DNA of 46,766 nucleotides from a virus. Lineage: Duplodnaviria > Caudoviricetes. The position numbers and the translations under genes are program-made. The number at the start of each line of letters is the position of its first letter. Positions within the stretch are counted from its first letter, which is position 1. The stretch lies in IMG/VR virus record IMGVR_UViG_3300035703_000150, positions 1 through 46,766 of that record. The stretch is one strand, 5' to 3'. Shown piece after piece: positions 27,705-37,663 of the stretch. A model generated the notes under the pieces. That model made no database searches and was not told the origin of the DNA. It saw nothing but the letters and a program-made list of their open reading frames with translations.

Positions 27705-28432
27705 ATAACAACAAAGGAAATAAAATGCTAAACAAAACTACAAAGAAAAAACCACCAAGCAAAACAGCCAAAGCCGTTGAAGATGACTTTATGCGTTCAC
27801 TAACGGCAGGTAAAGAAGAAGGACGAAAGATCGGTCTGTATTCAGAGCTTGATGGTGAAAAAGCAGAAGTAGTTGTATACAGCCTGCTTCATCTACATGA
27901 AACACGAATCAAAAGTGTTCCGCGTCCGCTGTCAGCCGCACAAAGGAAAAAACTTCAAAAAGCTATTGACAACGAGGATCTTGAAGCTCCTATTGATGTA
28001 AAGTTTGATGAGGTTTCACAACCTATTGATTTTGTTATCAGCACTCCCGGTGGTCGTGCAAGCGACATGTTTAGTATTTATGATGTAATGCGTATGGTTC
28101 GCAAAGACTGTGATATTGAAACATTTGGTCTTGGTCAAGTTATGAGTGCTGGCGTTCTTCTTCTTGCAAGTGGAACAAAAGGTAAGCGCAAGATCGGTAA
28201 AAACTGTCGCGTAATGGTTCATCAAGTTAGTGCAGGAACAAGCGGTCCTCATCACGAAATGATGAACGAGATTCAAGAGATTGAACACACACAGCAAAAG
28301 TATATCAAGTGTCTTGCTGCTGAAACAAAAATGAGTGAGATGTTTATCAAGAAACTGTTTGAAAGAAAGGTAAATATCTATCTATCTGCTGAAGAAGCGG
28401 TCCGTTATGGTATTGCCGACATAATTATTTGA
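27701..28432 (+). CDS. clpP: ClpP-like serine protease subunit
   Basis: ISTPGG, GQVMSAG (catalytic Ser), GTKGKR, VMVHQ (His), YLSAEEAVRYGIADII. Confidence 0.88.
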   Translation: MNNNKGNKMLNKTTKKKPPSKTAKAVEDDFMRSLTAGKEEGRKIGLYSELDGEKAEVVVYSLLHLHETRIKSVPRPLSAAQRKKLQKAIDNEDLEAPIDVKFDEVSQPIDFVISTPGGRASDMFSIYDVMRMVRKDCDIETFGLGQVMSAGVLLLASGTKGKRKIGKNCRVMVHQVSAGTSGPHHEMMNEIQEIEHTQQKYIKCLAAETKMSEMFIKKLFERKVNIYLSAEEAVRYGIADIII

Positions 28433-28449
28433 GTATAAGAGGCAATACT

Positions 28450-30189
28450 ATGAAGAACAAGGTTGATATTGACAAGTTGATAGAAAACAAATATAAAGGT
28501 AATACTTTAGAACTAAACGATCTACTTGACGAGATTGACCTTGTTCTTCAAGAGTCTTATCAATATACTTCTAAATTAGATACTGGCAATTTAGAAGAAA
28601 ACCCACAGTCTATAAATATACATCAAAGAATGTATGGCGCTCAGGGTGTTAGAAATGAACGAGCAGATGAACCAGGATATGGTGACAATGTTGATAATTT
28701 ACCACAAGTAAGGCCGACAACAGTAGCAGAAGCCGGCGAAAATACCGTATCACCTGGCTATGAAATTCAGAGAGGTGTCAAGTCACTTGAAGTTCCGGTG
28801 CCTGATTTATATTCATTAATGACAAATCCAAATTTAATGAAACCAGAGACAAATGAAAGAGAACTTGTTAACGAAATAATGAAAAATATTGGAGCAGGAG
28901 ATAGCTGGCAAGACAGAATAGCAAAATTAAAAAACTATACTAAATTTATTTCAATTCCAGATGCTGGTTCAACAAAGAAAGATATAACTCAAACTATTTC
29001 TAGTCTTATGATGTTAAATGTTTTAAAGAAGTTATCTTACTTTACTGATCATCCAGGAAAGCAATTTGAATATGTTTTTGCTCCATTTATATCTCCAACT
29101 GCACAAGTTGCTGGCGACGAAGCTACTGAAATAGCAGATATAAAAGGAGTAAAAGGTACTGCTTATAGTTTAAAATTTTTAGAATCAGGCCAATTAGAAA
29201 TAAAGGGTTCAATTACAAATCTTTTATCTAAAATAAATCAGGGTGAAGTAAATTTTATTTCATATATAATTTGCCATCCAATAGGTAATGGTGTTATACA
29301 ATTAGGTACAACTGGAGTATCTTGTATTCCGGATATTACAGAAGATAGAAAAAAAGAATTTGAACTTTTTTTGACAACCAATTATAGTTTGGTTGAAGGT
29401 ATATCTTCTAAAAATTGGAAGCTCTTTAAAAGAAAAGCAGATATATCTTCCGATATGCCAAAATCACTATTTTTAGTGTTATCTGGTGAACAGCTTTCTA
29501 TAGCAACAGATAAAACAAAGCTTGATATTGCAAAAGATGTAGAAAATGTCGGTGGAGCAAACATACCTGCACAAGAATTTTTATCAACCAAGGGTGGTGA
29601 GTCTTCCAAAATGGCAAAATTAATTGCTGCTATAGAAGGCAATCAAAAAGATAAAAAAGATTTAAACAAACTTGATAAAATTTTGAGAGATAATTTCCCA
29701 GATTATAGAAAACAATTTCCTGAGATTCCTAAATACGATGATGCTGTTAAATACGCTACCGGTATTGTAAAAAAAGTAAAAGAGATTGCCAAGAGATTAC
29801 GAGATCAAACAGTAGTACAATCTGGCGAGAGTCCTTTTAAGGGTTCTCAAATTACTTCACAAAATGAAGCACAACAATCTACAGAACAATCTACAGAACA
29901 ATCATCACAAGCAAGATTTAAAATACCAATAAATAGATATTTTAAGACATATATTGTTGAAGATTTATTGAATTTGGGCGAGGTAGATATGTACAATAAA
30001 CAACAAGTTGAATTTAGCAATGGTTTAGCGAAAATGTATCAAAATGTTTTGACAAATTTACAACAATTAAATGTCAATATAACAAAATATTTTTCTACAG
30101 ATAAAGGGCAAGACGATACATCTGCAAATAAAGCAATAGATAATGCAGAAGCAGTTAAACAAAATATAAGTGGTATAGTTAAATCCTAA
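28450..30189 (+). CDS. Large hypothetical protein with a possible PD-(D/E)xK-like core
   Basis: GKQFE...IADI...YSLK motif; QSTE repeat near 29875-29905. Confidence 0.6.
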   Translation: MKNKVDIDKLIENKYKGNTLELNDLLDEIDLVLQESYQYTSKLDTGNLEENPQSINIHQRMYGAQGVRNERADEPGYGDNVDNLPQVRPTTVAEAGENTVSPGYEIQRGVKSLEVPVPDLYSLMTNPNLMKPETNERELVNEIMKNIGAGDSWQDRIAKLKNYTKFISIPDAGSTKKDITQTISSLMMLNVLKKLSYFTDHPGKQFEYVFAPFISPTAQVAGDEATEIADIKGVKGTAYSLKFLESGQLEIKGSITNLLSKINQGEVNFISYIICHPIGNGVIQLGTTGVSCIPDITEDRKKEFELFLTTNYSLVEGISSKNWKLFKRKADISSDMPKSLFLVLSGEQLSIATDKTKLDIAKDVENVGGANIPAQEFLSTKGGESSKMAKLIAAIEGNQKDKKDLNKLDKILRDNFPDYRKQFPEIPKYDDAVKYATGIVKKVKEIAKRLRDQTVVQSGESPFKGSQITSQNEAQQSTEQSTEQSSQARFKIPINRYFKTYIVEDLLNLGEVDMYNKQQVEFSNGLAKMYQNVLTNLQQLNVNITKYFSTDKGQDDTSANKAIDNAEAVKQNISGIVKS

Positions 30190-30198
30190 TATAACCGC

Positions 30199-30226
30199 TT
30201 GACTTCCTAAAAAATGATCGTATAAT
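30199..30226 (+). promoter_or_regulatory. Sigma70-type promoter for groEL
   Basis: TTGACT-16-TATAAT. Confidence 0.7.
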
Positions 30227-30248
30227 GTCTCATAAACCCGAGGTTTAG

Positions 30249-31823
30249 ATGAGTAAAGTATTTTGTCGTGAAAAAGCACTAAATGATAAACTATTGCAAG
30301 GTATCAATATACTGGCAGACAATGTTGCTTCCACAATGGGACCAAGAGGTCGCACAGTCATTATACACGAACGAGATCGTCGTCCTTTTGCCACAAAAGA
30401 TGGTGTTTCAGTCAGCCGAGCAATAACTATAACCGATGATCCGGTTGCCAACGTTGCTGTTCAAATAATGAAACAAGCAGCAGAAGAAACAGCAAATACA
30501 GCAGGCGATGGAACAACAACATCAACAGTATTGGCACGTTCTATTCTTGTTGAGAGTCAAAAATATCTTGCTGCTGGTATTTCTCCAATAGAAATAAAGC
30601 GAGGCATAGATAAAGTTGTTGGTGCTCTCACTGTAAAAGTAAAAGAACTTGCCAAACCAGTAATGAAACTTGAAGATGTAGAAAATGTTGCTACCATTTC
30701 AGCAAATGGCGATGTTGCTATTGGTAAGTTGATTGCCGAAGCAGTTGATCTAACTGGTAAAGATGGAGCAGTTACAATAAAAGAAGGAAAGTCTTTACAA
30801 ACCACACTTGAAGTGGTTGAAGGTTTTCGTTTCAAAGGTGGTATTGCTGCCGGTCAGTTTATTACAAATGAACGACTTGGTATTATGAAGCATGAAAAAC
30901 CACTATTTCTTGTAACAGACGAAAGAGTTGATGACATTTCACAACTAATGCCTACACTGGAACTTGCTGCAAGGGCAAAGCGAGCACTTGTTATTGTTGC
31001 TGATGATATATTTGGTGAAGCACTTGCTGCTCTTATTGTGAATGCTATGCGTGGAAGCATGAAAGTTGCTTCTATCAAAGCACCTTCATATGGTCGTGAT
31101 AGGTTCAATACACTACAAGATATGGCTATTGCAGTTGGTGCTACATTTATTTCAGCCCAAACTGGCAAAACACTTGCCGATGTAAAACTTACCGATCTTG
31201 GTAGTGCTAAAACTGTTGAAAGCAATAAACTTTGGACCACTATTGTTGGTGGAGAAGGTGATCCAGAAGTTATTTCTTCTCGTATTGAATCTTTGCGCGA
31301 AGAGTTCAAAATAACAGAAGATATGGGTGAGTGTGAAAAAATACAAGAACGCATCACTCGTCTTTCAAGTGGTGTTGCCACTATTCATGTTGGTGGAACA
31401 ACCGAAGTAGAAATGATTGAAACAAAACATCGCATAGAGGATGCTCTTGAAGCAGTTCGTTCAGCACAAGAAGAAGGTATTGTTGATGGTGGCGGTGTTG
31501 TGCTTATCAAAGCATTTAGTAAACTAAAACTAAAAGAACTAAACCTTGAAAACGAACAGCAACAAGTGGCCTTCAAGATCATTCAACAAGTTGTTGAAGC
31601 ACCACTTCGTCAAATGTTGAAAAATGCTGATGAACCAGCAGATGTTATTATAGCAAATATCAAAAAACGAGGTGTTGGTTACAATATTGCTACAAGAAAG
31701 TATTGTGATCTACTTGCCGCTGGTGTTATTGATCCAGCAAAAGTAACACGAGCTGCATTACAAAATGCCACAAGTGTTGCAACAACACTTATCACAACAA
31801 ACTTTGCCGTCATTGATACTTGA
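30249..31823 (+). CDS. groEL: Chaperonin GroEL (no GGM tail)
   Basis: TMGPRGR, TKDGVSV, AGDGTTT, ATISANGD, RIEDAL, GGGV, VIDPAKV. Confidence 0.96.
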   Translation: MSKVFCREKALNDKLLQGINILADNVASTMGPRGRTVIIHERDRRPFATKDGVSVSRAITITDDPVANVAVQIMKQAAEETANTAGDGTTTSTVLARSILVESQKYLAAGISPIEIKRGIDKVVGALTVKVKELAKPVMKLEDVENVATISANGDVAIGKLIAEAVDLTGKDGAVTIKEGKSLQTTLEVVEGFRFKGGIAAGQFITNERLGIMKHEKPLFLVTDERVDDISQLMPTLELAARAKRALVIVADDIFGEALAALIVNAMRGSMKVASIKAPSYGRDRFNTLQDMAIAVGATFISAQTGKTLADVKLTDLGSAKTVESNKLWTTIVGGEGDPEVISSRIESLREEFKITEDMGECEKIQERITRLSSGVATIHVGGTTEVEMIETKHRIEDALEAVRSAQEEGIVDGGGVVLIKAFSKLKLKELNLENEQQQVAFKIIQQVVEAPLRQMLKNADEPADVIIANIKKRGVGYNIATRKYCDLLAAGVIDPAKVTRAALQNATSVATTLITTNFAVIDT

Positions 31824-31848
31824 CATATGACAAGGTGACTGGTAGTCT
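31820..31848 (+). promoter_or_regulatory. Sigma70-type promoter
   Basis: TTGACA-17-TAGTCT with TG extension. Confidence 0.55.
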
Positions 31849-31866
31849 TATACAGCGGGAGAAACA

Positions 31867-32241
31867 ATGAGCCAGATCGTAAAGATTCAAATTAATTCTG
31901 ACATTAGCGATGTTGCTGACATTACAGCAGCAACCATGGACCAAGTAGTGTCAAATTTGGAACAACTAAGAAAACTTGTTTTGATGGTAAAGAAAACACT
32001 ATCAGATACAGATGTTTTCAATGAAAGTGATAGACAAAATCTAAAACATTCTCTACCACTTCTTGATGATGCAAAAATGTTGCTGAATAAAATTGATATG
32101 CGTCTTGGTGATGTTGCTTCTATCTCTTCTGGGCTTGTTTCGGTTTTTGAAAAACCACTTGAAAAAGTTGATAACAAACCAGAACAAGCAGTAGAACTTC
32201 AGCAAGAAGAGGAAATACATGATAACATCTCAACCAGGTGA
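31867..32241 (+). CDS. Hypothetical helical protein
   Basis: GGAG RBS. Confidence 0.65.
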   Translation: MSQIVKIQINSDISDVADITAATMDQVVSNLEQLRKLVLMVKKTLSDTDVFNESDRQNLKHSLPLLDDAKMLLNKIDMRLGDVASISSGLVSVFEKPLEKVDNKPEQAVELQQEEEIHDNISTR

Positions 32242-32443
32242 TCCTATATGGATCAGAGAAGGTGTGTTTGTGGCAAACGAAGTATGTAATGCTGGTTTGC
32301 CAATAGGAACTATACTAAATAAGCCAAAACGTGGTATATTTCTTGAAAGAAAAGTTATAAATAGTAGAATTTATATCAAGACTTATATTGATAGTATTGG
32401 TGAGCGTTTTGTAGAAGAATCAGAAGTATTAGAACTAAAATAA
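32219..32443 (+). CDS. Small SH3/KOW-like protein
   Basis: QPGDPIWI...GIFL pattern. Confidence 0.55.
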   Translation: MITSQPGDPIWIREGVFVANEVCNAGLPIGTILNKPKRGIFLERKVINSRIYIKTYIDSIGERFVEESEVLELK

Positions 32444-32453
32444 AGAGGATAAA

Positions 32454-32735
32454 ATGCTAATAAAACTAAAAGAAGCTCAAAAGATTGATTCAAGTCAAAT
32501 AGATGAACATGGAAGACTTGTTTCTCAAACCAGTTTTGTAACACGAGATCTATTGGTAAATCCAGAGCATGTTGTATCTATCAATGAAGAATATAATCGT
32601 TCTGGTCAACAAATGAGTCGCGTGGAAACAACAAGAGGAGTATTTGTTGTTATTGGTTCTCCAAGTGAAGTTCAGCAGCAACTAAATGGAACAACCGCCC
32701 CAGTAACAAGAAGCAAAAAGGTTCTAAAAGACTGA
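32454..32735 (+). CDS. FlbD-like small protein
   Basis: LIKL...VNPEHVVSINE...VIGSPSEV pattern. Confidence 0.5.
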   Translation: MLIKLKEAQKIDSSQIDEHGRLVSQTSFVTRDLLVNPEHVVSINEEYNRSGQQMSRVETTRGVFVVIGSPSEVQQQLNGTTAPVTRSKKVLKD

Positions 32736-32995
32736 TGAAAAACTTTTTTACAGTTTATATTCTTACTGATTGTTCTTTTTGTAAAAAGGCTATCTCTTTG
32801 CTTGATGAAAAAAATATACCATTTGTAGTGGTAGTGATGGATAAAAATGAAGAGTTTTTACAAAAAATGAAACAAGATACGAATCATCCCACTGTGCCAA
32901 TAGTTGTTTATCAAACACAACTTATTACACGTCTTATTGGTGGCTGTGATAGCCTTGAAACATTTTTGCATTCTCAGGAGTTTCTAAATGATTGA
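32735..32995 (+). CDS. Glutaredoxin
   Basis: CSFC, TVP, IGGCD. Confidence 0.88.
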   Translation: MKNFFTVYILTDCSFCKKAISLLDEKNIPFVVVVMDKNEEFLQKMKQDTNHPTVPIVVYQTQLITRLIGGCDSLETFLHSQEFLND

Positions 32996-33389
32996 ATGTA
33001 GCTTTATTCCTATCAAAAAAAGTCAATATACAACAGATGAAGAAGTTCGTGATGGACTTTACAGTAGCAGCGTTTATGCTTTTGAAGAGTTTGGTGTAAG
33101 TAAATGGGTTTTTTGTGCTTATCTAAAAGTAGATCACAAAAAATACTTTGATGAAGGTATGTCATCTAAACAACTTATTGATAGTTGTTTAGATTTTCTA
33201 AACTATGTTCCAGAGCCTGCTCGGAAAACAAAAAAATCACAAAAACCTAAATATGGCAAGATCCAACCACTTGTCTCAAAGATAACTGGTGAATATGATA
33301 TAAAATACAAAGATGATCGTGTAATAGTTCAATTTATTACTGATGATCGTCAAAATCCCTTCCTGTGGGGAGAGGGAGAAAAAATATAG
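32988..33389 (+). CDS. Hypothetical protein
   Basis: ORF in coupled array. Confidence 0.65.
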   Translation: MIECSFIPIKKSQYTTDEEVRDGLYSSSVYAFEEFGVSKWVFCAYLKVDHKKYFDEGMSSKQLIDSCLDFLNYVPEPARKTKKSQKPKYGKIQPLVSKITGEYDIKYKDDRVIVQFITDDRQNPFLWGEGEKI

Positions 33390-33398
33390 GAGTATTTT

Positions 33399-33746
33399 AT
33401 GCATTATTCATCAAGTTTATCAAAGTTTTTAGACGAGATTTTCTCCTATGAGAACAGAGACATATTCGGACACGCTTATGTTTACGATTATGTAAAGAAT
33501 GATAATACAAAAACTGAAATAGAAGTAGTTGTTCCAGGTTATTCAAAAGAAGAACTAAAATTAGAAGTTTTTGATGATATTCTAAAACTATCATGCGATA
33601 TAAAAGATAAAAAGTTTGTTCGCAAGTGGAGACTGGATCATTCTGTTCAATTGGACGACATAAAGGCTGAAAGTAAAAATGGTATTTTGACAATAACTCT
33701 TGTAAAAAAGAAACAAAATAAAACAAAACATATCATTATTGAATAA
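33399..33746 (+). CDS. Small heat-shock protein (Hsp20)
   Basis: VPGYSKEEL, FVRKWRL, IKAESKNGILTITL. Confidence 0.88.
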   Translation: MHYSSSLSKFLDEIFSYENRDIFGHAYVYDYVKNDNTKTEIEVVVPGYSKEELKLEVFDDILKLSCDIKDKKFVRKWRLDHSVQLDDIKAESKNGILTITLVKKKQNKTKHIIIE

Positions 33747-33796
33747 TATTTATATATGGTGTATTCTTGTTATTCCGGATGGTGAAAATACACTAG

Positions 33797-33820
33797 GGCG
33801 ACACAGGTGTCGCCTTTTTT
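33797..33820 (+). terminator. Intrinsic terminator
   Basis: GGCGACAC-AG-GTGTCGCC followed by T6. Confidence 0.8.
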
Positions 33821-33844
33821 ATTGTGAAAGGTCTATTTATATTT

Positions 33845-34210
33845 ATGAAAGAGATTTTTGAGAGCTTCAAACGATATACCAATAAAATAAATGAAGCTGC
33901 TGATGAAAGTCAGTTGAAGATAAGTTTATTGATGGTTATTGATCGTAACGTTGATCGTTATAAAGAAGATGTGTTGTCTGACATTCGTGCAGTAACTGGC
34001 GTTACTATTATAAATGTTGAACAGCATAAAAATGTCAAAAATCTTGACTATAATATAGTATCTATGAAGTTTGATCTTGATCCATACAAGTCCCCAGATC
34101 CGGATATAAAAGTGGACATGTTGAATGCACTTTTACGCATCAGAAAACAACTACTGGCAATAAAAGGTATAATTAGGATCAAATATCTTTCAAAACCAGA
34201 AAGGTTCTAA
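33845..34210 (+). CDS. Hypothetical protein (ferredoxin-like fold possible), probable late gene
   Basis: MKEIFESFKRY leader; IRAVTGVTI; upstream CTATTTA. Confidence 0.6.
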   Translation: MKEIFESFKRYTNKINEAADESQLKISLLMVIDRNVDRYKEDVLSDIRAVTGVTIINVEQHKNVKNLDYNIVSMKFDLDPYKSPDPDIKVDMLNALLRIRKQLLAIKGIIRIKYLSKPERF

Positions 34211-34212
34211 TA

Positions 34213-34401
34213 ATGAACGACGGCAAACTATATGTAAAGTCTACATGTTTAGTTTGTCTCGGCAAAAAAAGTTTTTGTTTTTACTGCGATGCTGGCTTGA
34301 CTTATGTTGAGGCGGCGGATAAGATAATAAAAGAATGGCTAAAATCACAAACACCAGAAATTAGAAAATATATTATTGGAGAAGAAAATGAGGAACAGTA
34401 G
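34213..34401 (+). CDS. Small Zn-finger protein
   Basis: CLVC.G...CFYC..G. Confidence 0.6.
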   Translation: MNDGKLYVKSTCLVCLGKKSFCFYCDAGLTYVEAADKIIKEWLKSQTPEIRKYIIGEENEEQ

Positions 34402-35668
34402 TTTTGTAATACTTTTCTTTTTAGCTTTTAGTTCTTGTAACTGCGAACAAGAACCTCTCAAAGAAGTTTTACAAAATCCCTGTTATACCGATGTTAGCGG
34501 TGATGTGATAGAAATAAATGTTGACGATCCAAAACATGAAGATTTGAATATTGGTACTTGTTCAACTGGTTTGACATCAAGAGATAGCGAAGACAATCTT
34601 GTTTGTTTGAATGAAATAAAAAAACAACAAGAAACCTGCAACAATATTGATGATGATTGCAATGGTTTTGTTGATGACCGTTGGAATGGCTTACCAATCA
34701 TTATATCAGAACACAGTTCAAAAAATACTTGTGTTGGTCTTGGCGTGTGTGAATATGCAATACAAGAATGTGTTGAAGGTTCTTGGATATGTTCTTATCC
34801 CGATTCATACGGCGAAGAAGTTTGTGATAACTTGGATAATGATTGCGATGGTGAAATAGATGAAGACACCATAGACGAGCCAATCTTTAGTAATGAAGAA
34901 AGATATGTTTATGAAGGAGATCCTGATACAATCAATGTTGGTGAATGTCGCGCTGGTTACAAAGAATGTGCTGATGGAATAGAATCAATAAGAAACATGA
35001 GAACTCCAACCACAGAAATTTGTGGAAATGGCGATGATGATGATTGTGATGGTGCAATAGATGAAAATGAAAATGGTGGAACTGCAAATGATTTCGTTTT
35101 CATCATAGATTTTTCTGGTTCTATGGACTATGCTATAGATCAAGTTGCAAATGCTCTTTGTAACTGGTCATCACAAGGTATATTACAAACAAGTCGTTTC
35201 GCTGTAGTGGCCATAGGATATAGAGATATCCAGCCAAATCCAAGACAAATAAAAGTTCTAACTGATTTTACTGATTCCAGAACTGCTTGTTCTGTTGTCA
35301 GACAAGCAAACAGAACTGATTATCAAGGATTTACTGAATACCAACTAAGTGCTGTTTACGAAGCAAATTTACCTGGTAGTCCAAACTCATTATCTTGGTC
35401 AGAAGATAATGAAAGAAAGGTTGTTATATTTAGTGACGAAACACTGCAGCAAGACATAGCGCAAACAGTGCAAGAAGCAATAGAAATGGTTGTAGCACAA
35501 TGTGTAGAACAAAATTATATTATAGGTGCCTTTATTGAATACAACATTTTTGATCAAACTCTTTGGCTTGAACTAACTCAAAGATGCGGTGGGTTTTTAG
35601 AATATCTTTCTACAAGTCCAAGCCAAATGATAGATACTCTAAACTATTGGGTTGGCACAGACTGCTGA
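34388..35668 (+). CDS. Lipoprotein with Cys-rich (MopE-related) repeats and vWA domain
   Basis: Signal peptide with lipobox-like Cys; three E.C(D/N/G)N.D(D/N)DC(D/N)G..D repeats; MIDAS DFSGSM. Confidence 0.8.
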   Translation: MRNSSFVILFFLAFSSCNCEQEPLKEVLQNPCYTDVSGDVIEINVDDPKHEDLNIGTCSTGLTSRDSEDNLVCLNEIKKQQETCNNIDDDCNGFVDDRWNGLPIIISEHSSKNTCVGLGVCEYAIQECVEGSWICSYPDSYGEEVCDNLDNDCDGEIDEDTIDEPIFSNEERYVYEGDPDTINVGECRAGYKECADGIESIRNMRTPTTEICGNGDDDDCDGAIDENENGGTANDFVFIIDFSGSMDYAIDQVANALCNWSSQGILQTSRFAVVAIGYRDIQPNPRQIKVLTDFTDSRTACSVVRQANRTDYQGFTEYQLSAVYEANLPGSPNSLSWSEDNERKVVIFSDETLQQDIAQTVQEAIEMVVAQCVEQNYIIGAFIEYNIFDQTLWLELTQRCGGFLEYLSTSPSQMIDTLNYWVGTDC

Positions 35669-35699
35669 TGATAACGATTGCTAAATACTATTTAGTAAT

Positions 35700-36029
35700 A
35701 TGAAGAGTGACGACGAGCAATCAATATTTGATTATGAGATTGGAGATCTTGTTCGTCTCGTAGAGGACTATAAACTTGAAGTTGGGTATGGTATTATAAC
35801 CGATATAAAAGAAAACTTTGAAGATGTATATGATCTTGATTATTTGAGAAAAAAGATAGGAACATTACGAGAAACAATGCCAACAAGAGATGATGATTTT
35901 TTTCCTTCAAGACCACAAATACTTGTTCTTTGGACTATAAAAAAAACAAACACAAATAACAACATTTCTATTTGGATGTATGCTGAAGAAATAGCGATAT
36001 TGCAAAAAGTTGTAAAACATACTAAATAA
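35700..36029 (+). CDS. SH3/KOW-like paralog
   Basis: YEIGDLV...GYGII...LVLW. Confidence 0.65.
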   Translation: MKSDDEQSIFDYEIGDLVRLVEDYKLEVGYGIITDIKENFEDVYDLDYLRKKIGTLRETMPTRDDDFFPSRPQILVLWTIKKTNTNNNISIWMYAEEIAILQKVVKHTK

Positions 36030-36051
36030 ATATATAAAGAGAGATATACAA

Positions 36052-36657
36052 ATGGATTTGAAAGAACTAAAAAAACTGATAGAGCAAGTTCAAGCAGAGA
36101 AAAAGCAAACAATAAAAGAAGCATACACGACTTCTCCATTTGAATATGGCGATGATGAGGTTCAGCCAGCAAGAACCACAAAATATCAAGATGCCTTGAG
36201 TGTTATAAAGTTCTTTATGGAAGAACAGCCAGAAGCAGGAACTCCTGCTGCGGGACTTATTTCTGATCTGGAAAATATGATAAATCTTGCAAAACAACTT
36301 GAAGCAACCGGTGTTTCAGCAAACAGTGCCCAAGAAGTAGCAGAACTTCAAAAGAAAATAAAAGATCCATTTGTTCTTAGAACTATAGCCGATATAATGG
36401 TAAAAAGTGGTATGGGAAAATCTAAAATAGCAGCATTTATACGCCACTTGAAGCCAACAGTTTCAGCCCCAGAAGATGTAAAAGCAGCATTACAAGGCAA
36501 ACAACCAGAACAGCCGGAACAACAGTCTCCAGAAGTATCTGTTTCTCCTACAAGTAGTACCGTTCTAAGACCATCTGGCATACCCACTACTAATCCTGGT
36601 TCTCCTGTTGCTGCAGCAAGACAAGCAGCAAGAAAAGGCAGTTCAACAAAGCCGTAA
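36052..36657 (+). CDS. Hypothetical protein, probable virion internal protein
   Basis: MDLKELKKLIEQV leader; P/S/Q-rich tail. Confidence 0.6.
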   Translation: MDLKELKKLIEQVQAEKKQTIKEAYTTSPFEYGDDEVQPARTTKYQDALSVIKFFMEEQPEAGTPAAGLISDLENMINLAKQLEATGVSANSAQEVAELQKKIKDPFVLRTIADIMVKSGMGKSKIAAFIRHLKPTVSAPEDVKAALQGKQPEQPEQQSPEVSVSPTSSTVLRPSGIPTTNPGSPVAAARQAARKGSSTKP

Positions 36658-36783
36658 AAATAACATGGGAATGTCAATATACTTACTTATATTGTTCATT
36701 CCCGCCTTGTTAGTTTTTTATAAAATGGTTCAAGAAACCATTAGTGAAATAAAACACAAAAAATCAGCGCATCGTGACGGCGT

Positions 36784-36812
36784 TTGACAGCGCCTCTCAT
36801 ATGTGATATACT
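36784..36812 (+). promoter_or_regulatory. Sigma70-type promoter
   Basis: TTGACA-17-TATACT with TG extension. Confidence 0.75.
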
Positions 36813-36845
36813 GTGCTTCACCACAGGAAGTCACCGAGGATCACT

Positions 36846-37535
36846 ATGGCTTATTTTCGCAGATATACTCCTCGCTCTAATGCATATTACAATACACAAA
36901 GCATTGTTAGAGATACTGCTCCTCAATACACCGAACAAGAACTCACTGATCCAACGCTGGATCAGCGTATCAGCAAGGTTCTTGGAAATAACGATATCAG
37001 CGATTGGGAAAAGGACTTTCTTCAGTCTATTTTTGTTTATTTTGCCGGAAAGAAACGTCTTTCGGTCGGTCAATATGCCACACTGAAAAAGATTGAAGAT
37101 AAACATAGTGAAACTGCGCTGGCAAAGAAGAAGGAGTTTGCTGATAATTTCACGGAAGAAAAGCGCAACGATATTCGTATTGTTGCCGGTATTTATCGTG
37201 AAACTCATTCGCCATATCATAAGGCACTCGTTGATCTTGTTCTTGAAAAAGATGATTTTATTCCAAGTGCTACCCAATGGGAAAGACTTATGGAAAATAA
37301 GTATGCACAGGGATATTTGCAAAATGCCAAAAGTATTGCCAAGTATAATATTGGTGATACTGTGACACCAAGTTCTCTTGGAAAGCATTTCACTTGGACT
37401 CATGCTATCGTTATTGATAATGCTGGTATTCTTCCACACACACACGCTGTTGGTGGAAAGCGTTATAGCCTTTTGCCATATGGTGAAATGAATACCTGTT
37501 TTGTTGAAGAACGAGAAATCAAAAAGTCCCGTTGA
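36846..37535 (+). CDS. Hypothetical protein with C-terminal SH3-like domain
   Basis: ATG 36846 after GAGG; WEKDFLQSI...LS.GQ and KYNIGDTV. Confidence 0.7.
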   Translation: MAYFRRYTPRSNAYYNTQSIVRDTAPQYTEQELTDPTLDQRISKVLGNNDISDWEKDFLQSIFVYFAGKKRLSVGQYATLKKIEDKHSETALAKKKEFADNFTEEKRNDIRIVAGIYRETHSPYHKALVDLVLEKDDFIPSATQWERLMENKYAQGYLQNAKSIAKYNIGDTVTPSSLGKHFTWTHAIVIDNAGILPHTHAVGGKRYSLLPYGEMNTCFVEEREIKKSR

Positions 37536-37663
37536 TAACAAGGAACCAATATGATTGACTTGTTTTGTTTTATTTGTTTGGTAAATGCACCAACAGTTTG
37601 TATGTTGTTGTATTTTTTTGCTGAACTTGCTGTTGAAGATAATCAATAAAAGGAGAAATCAAT

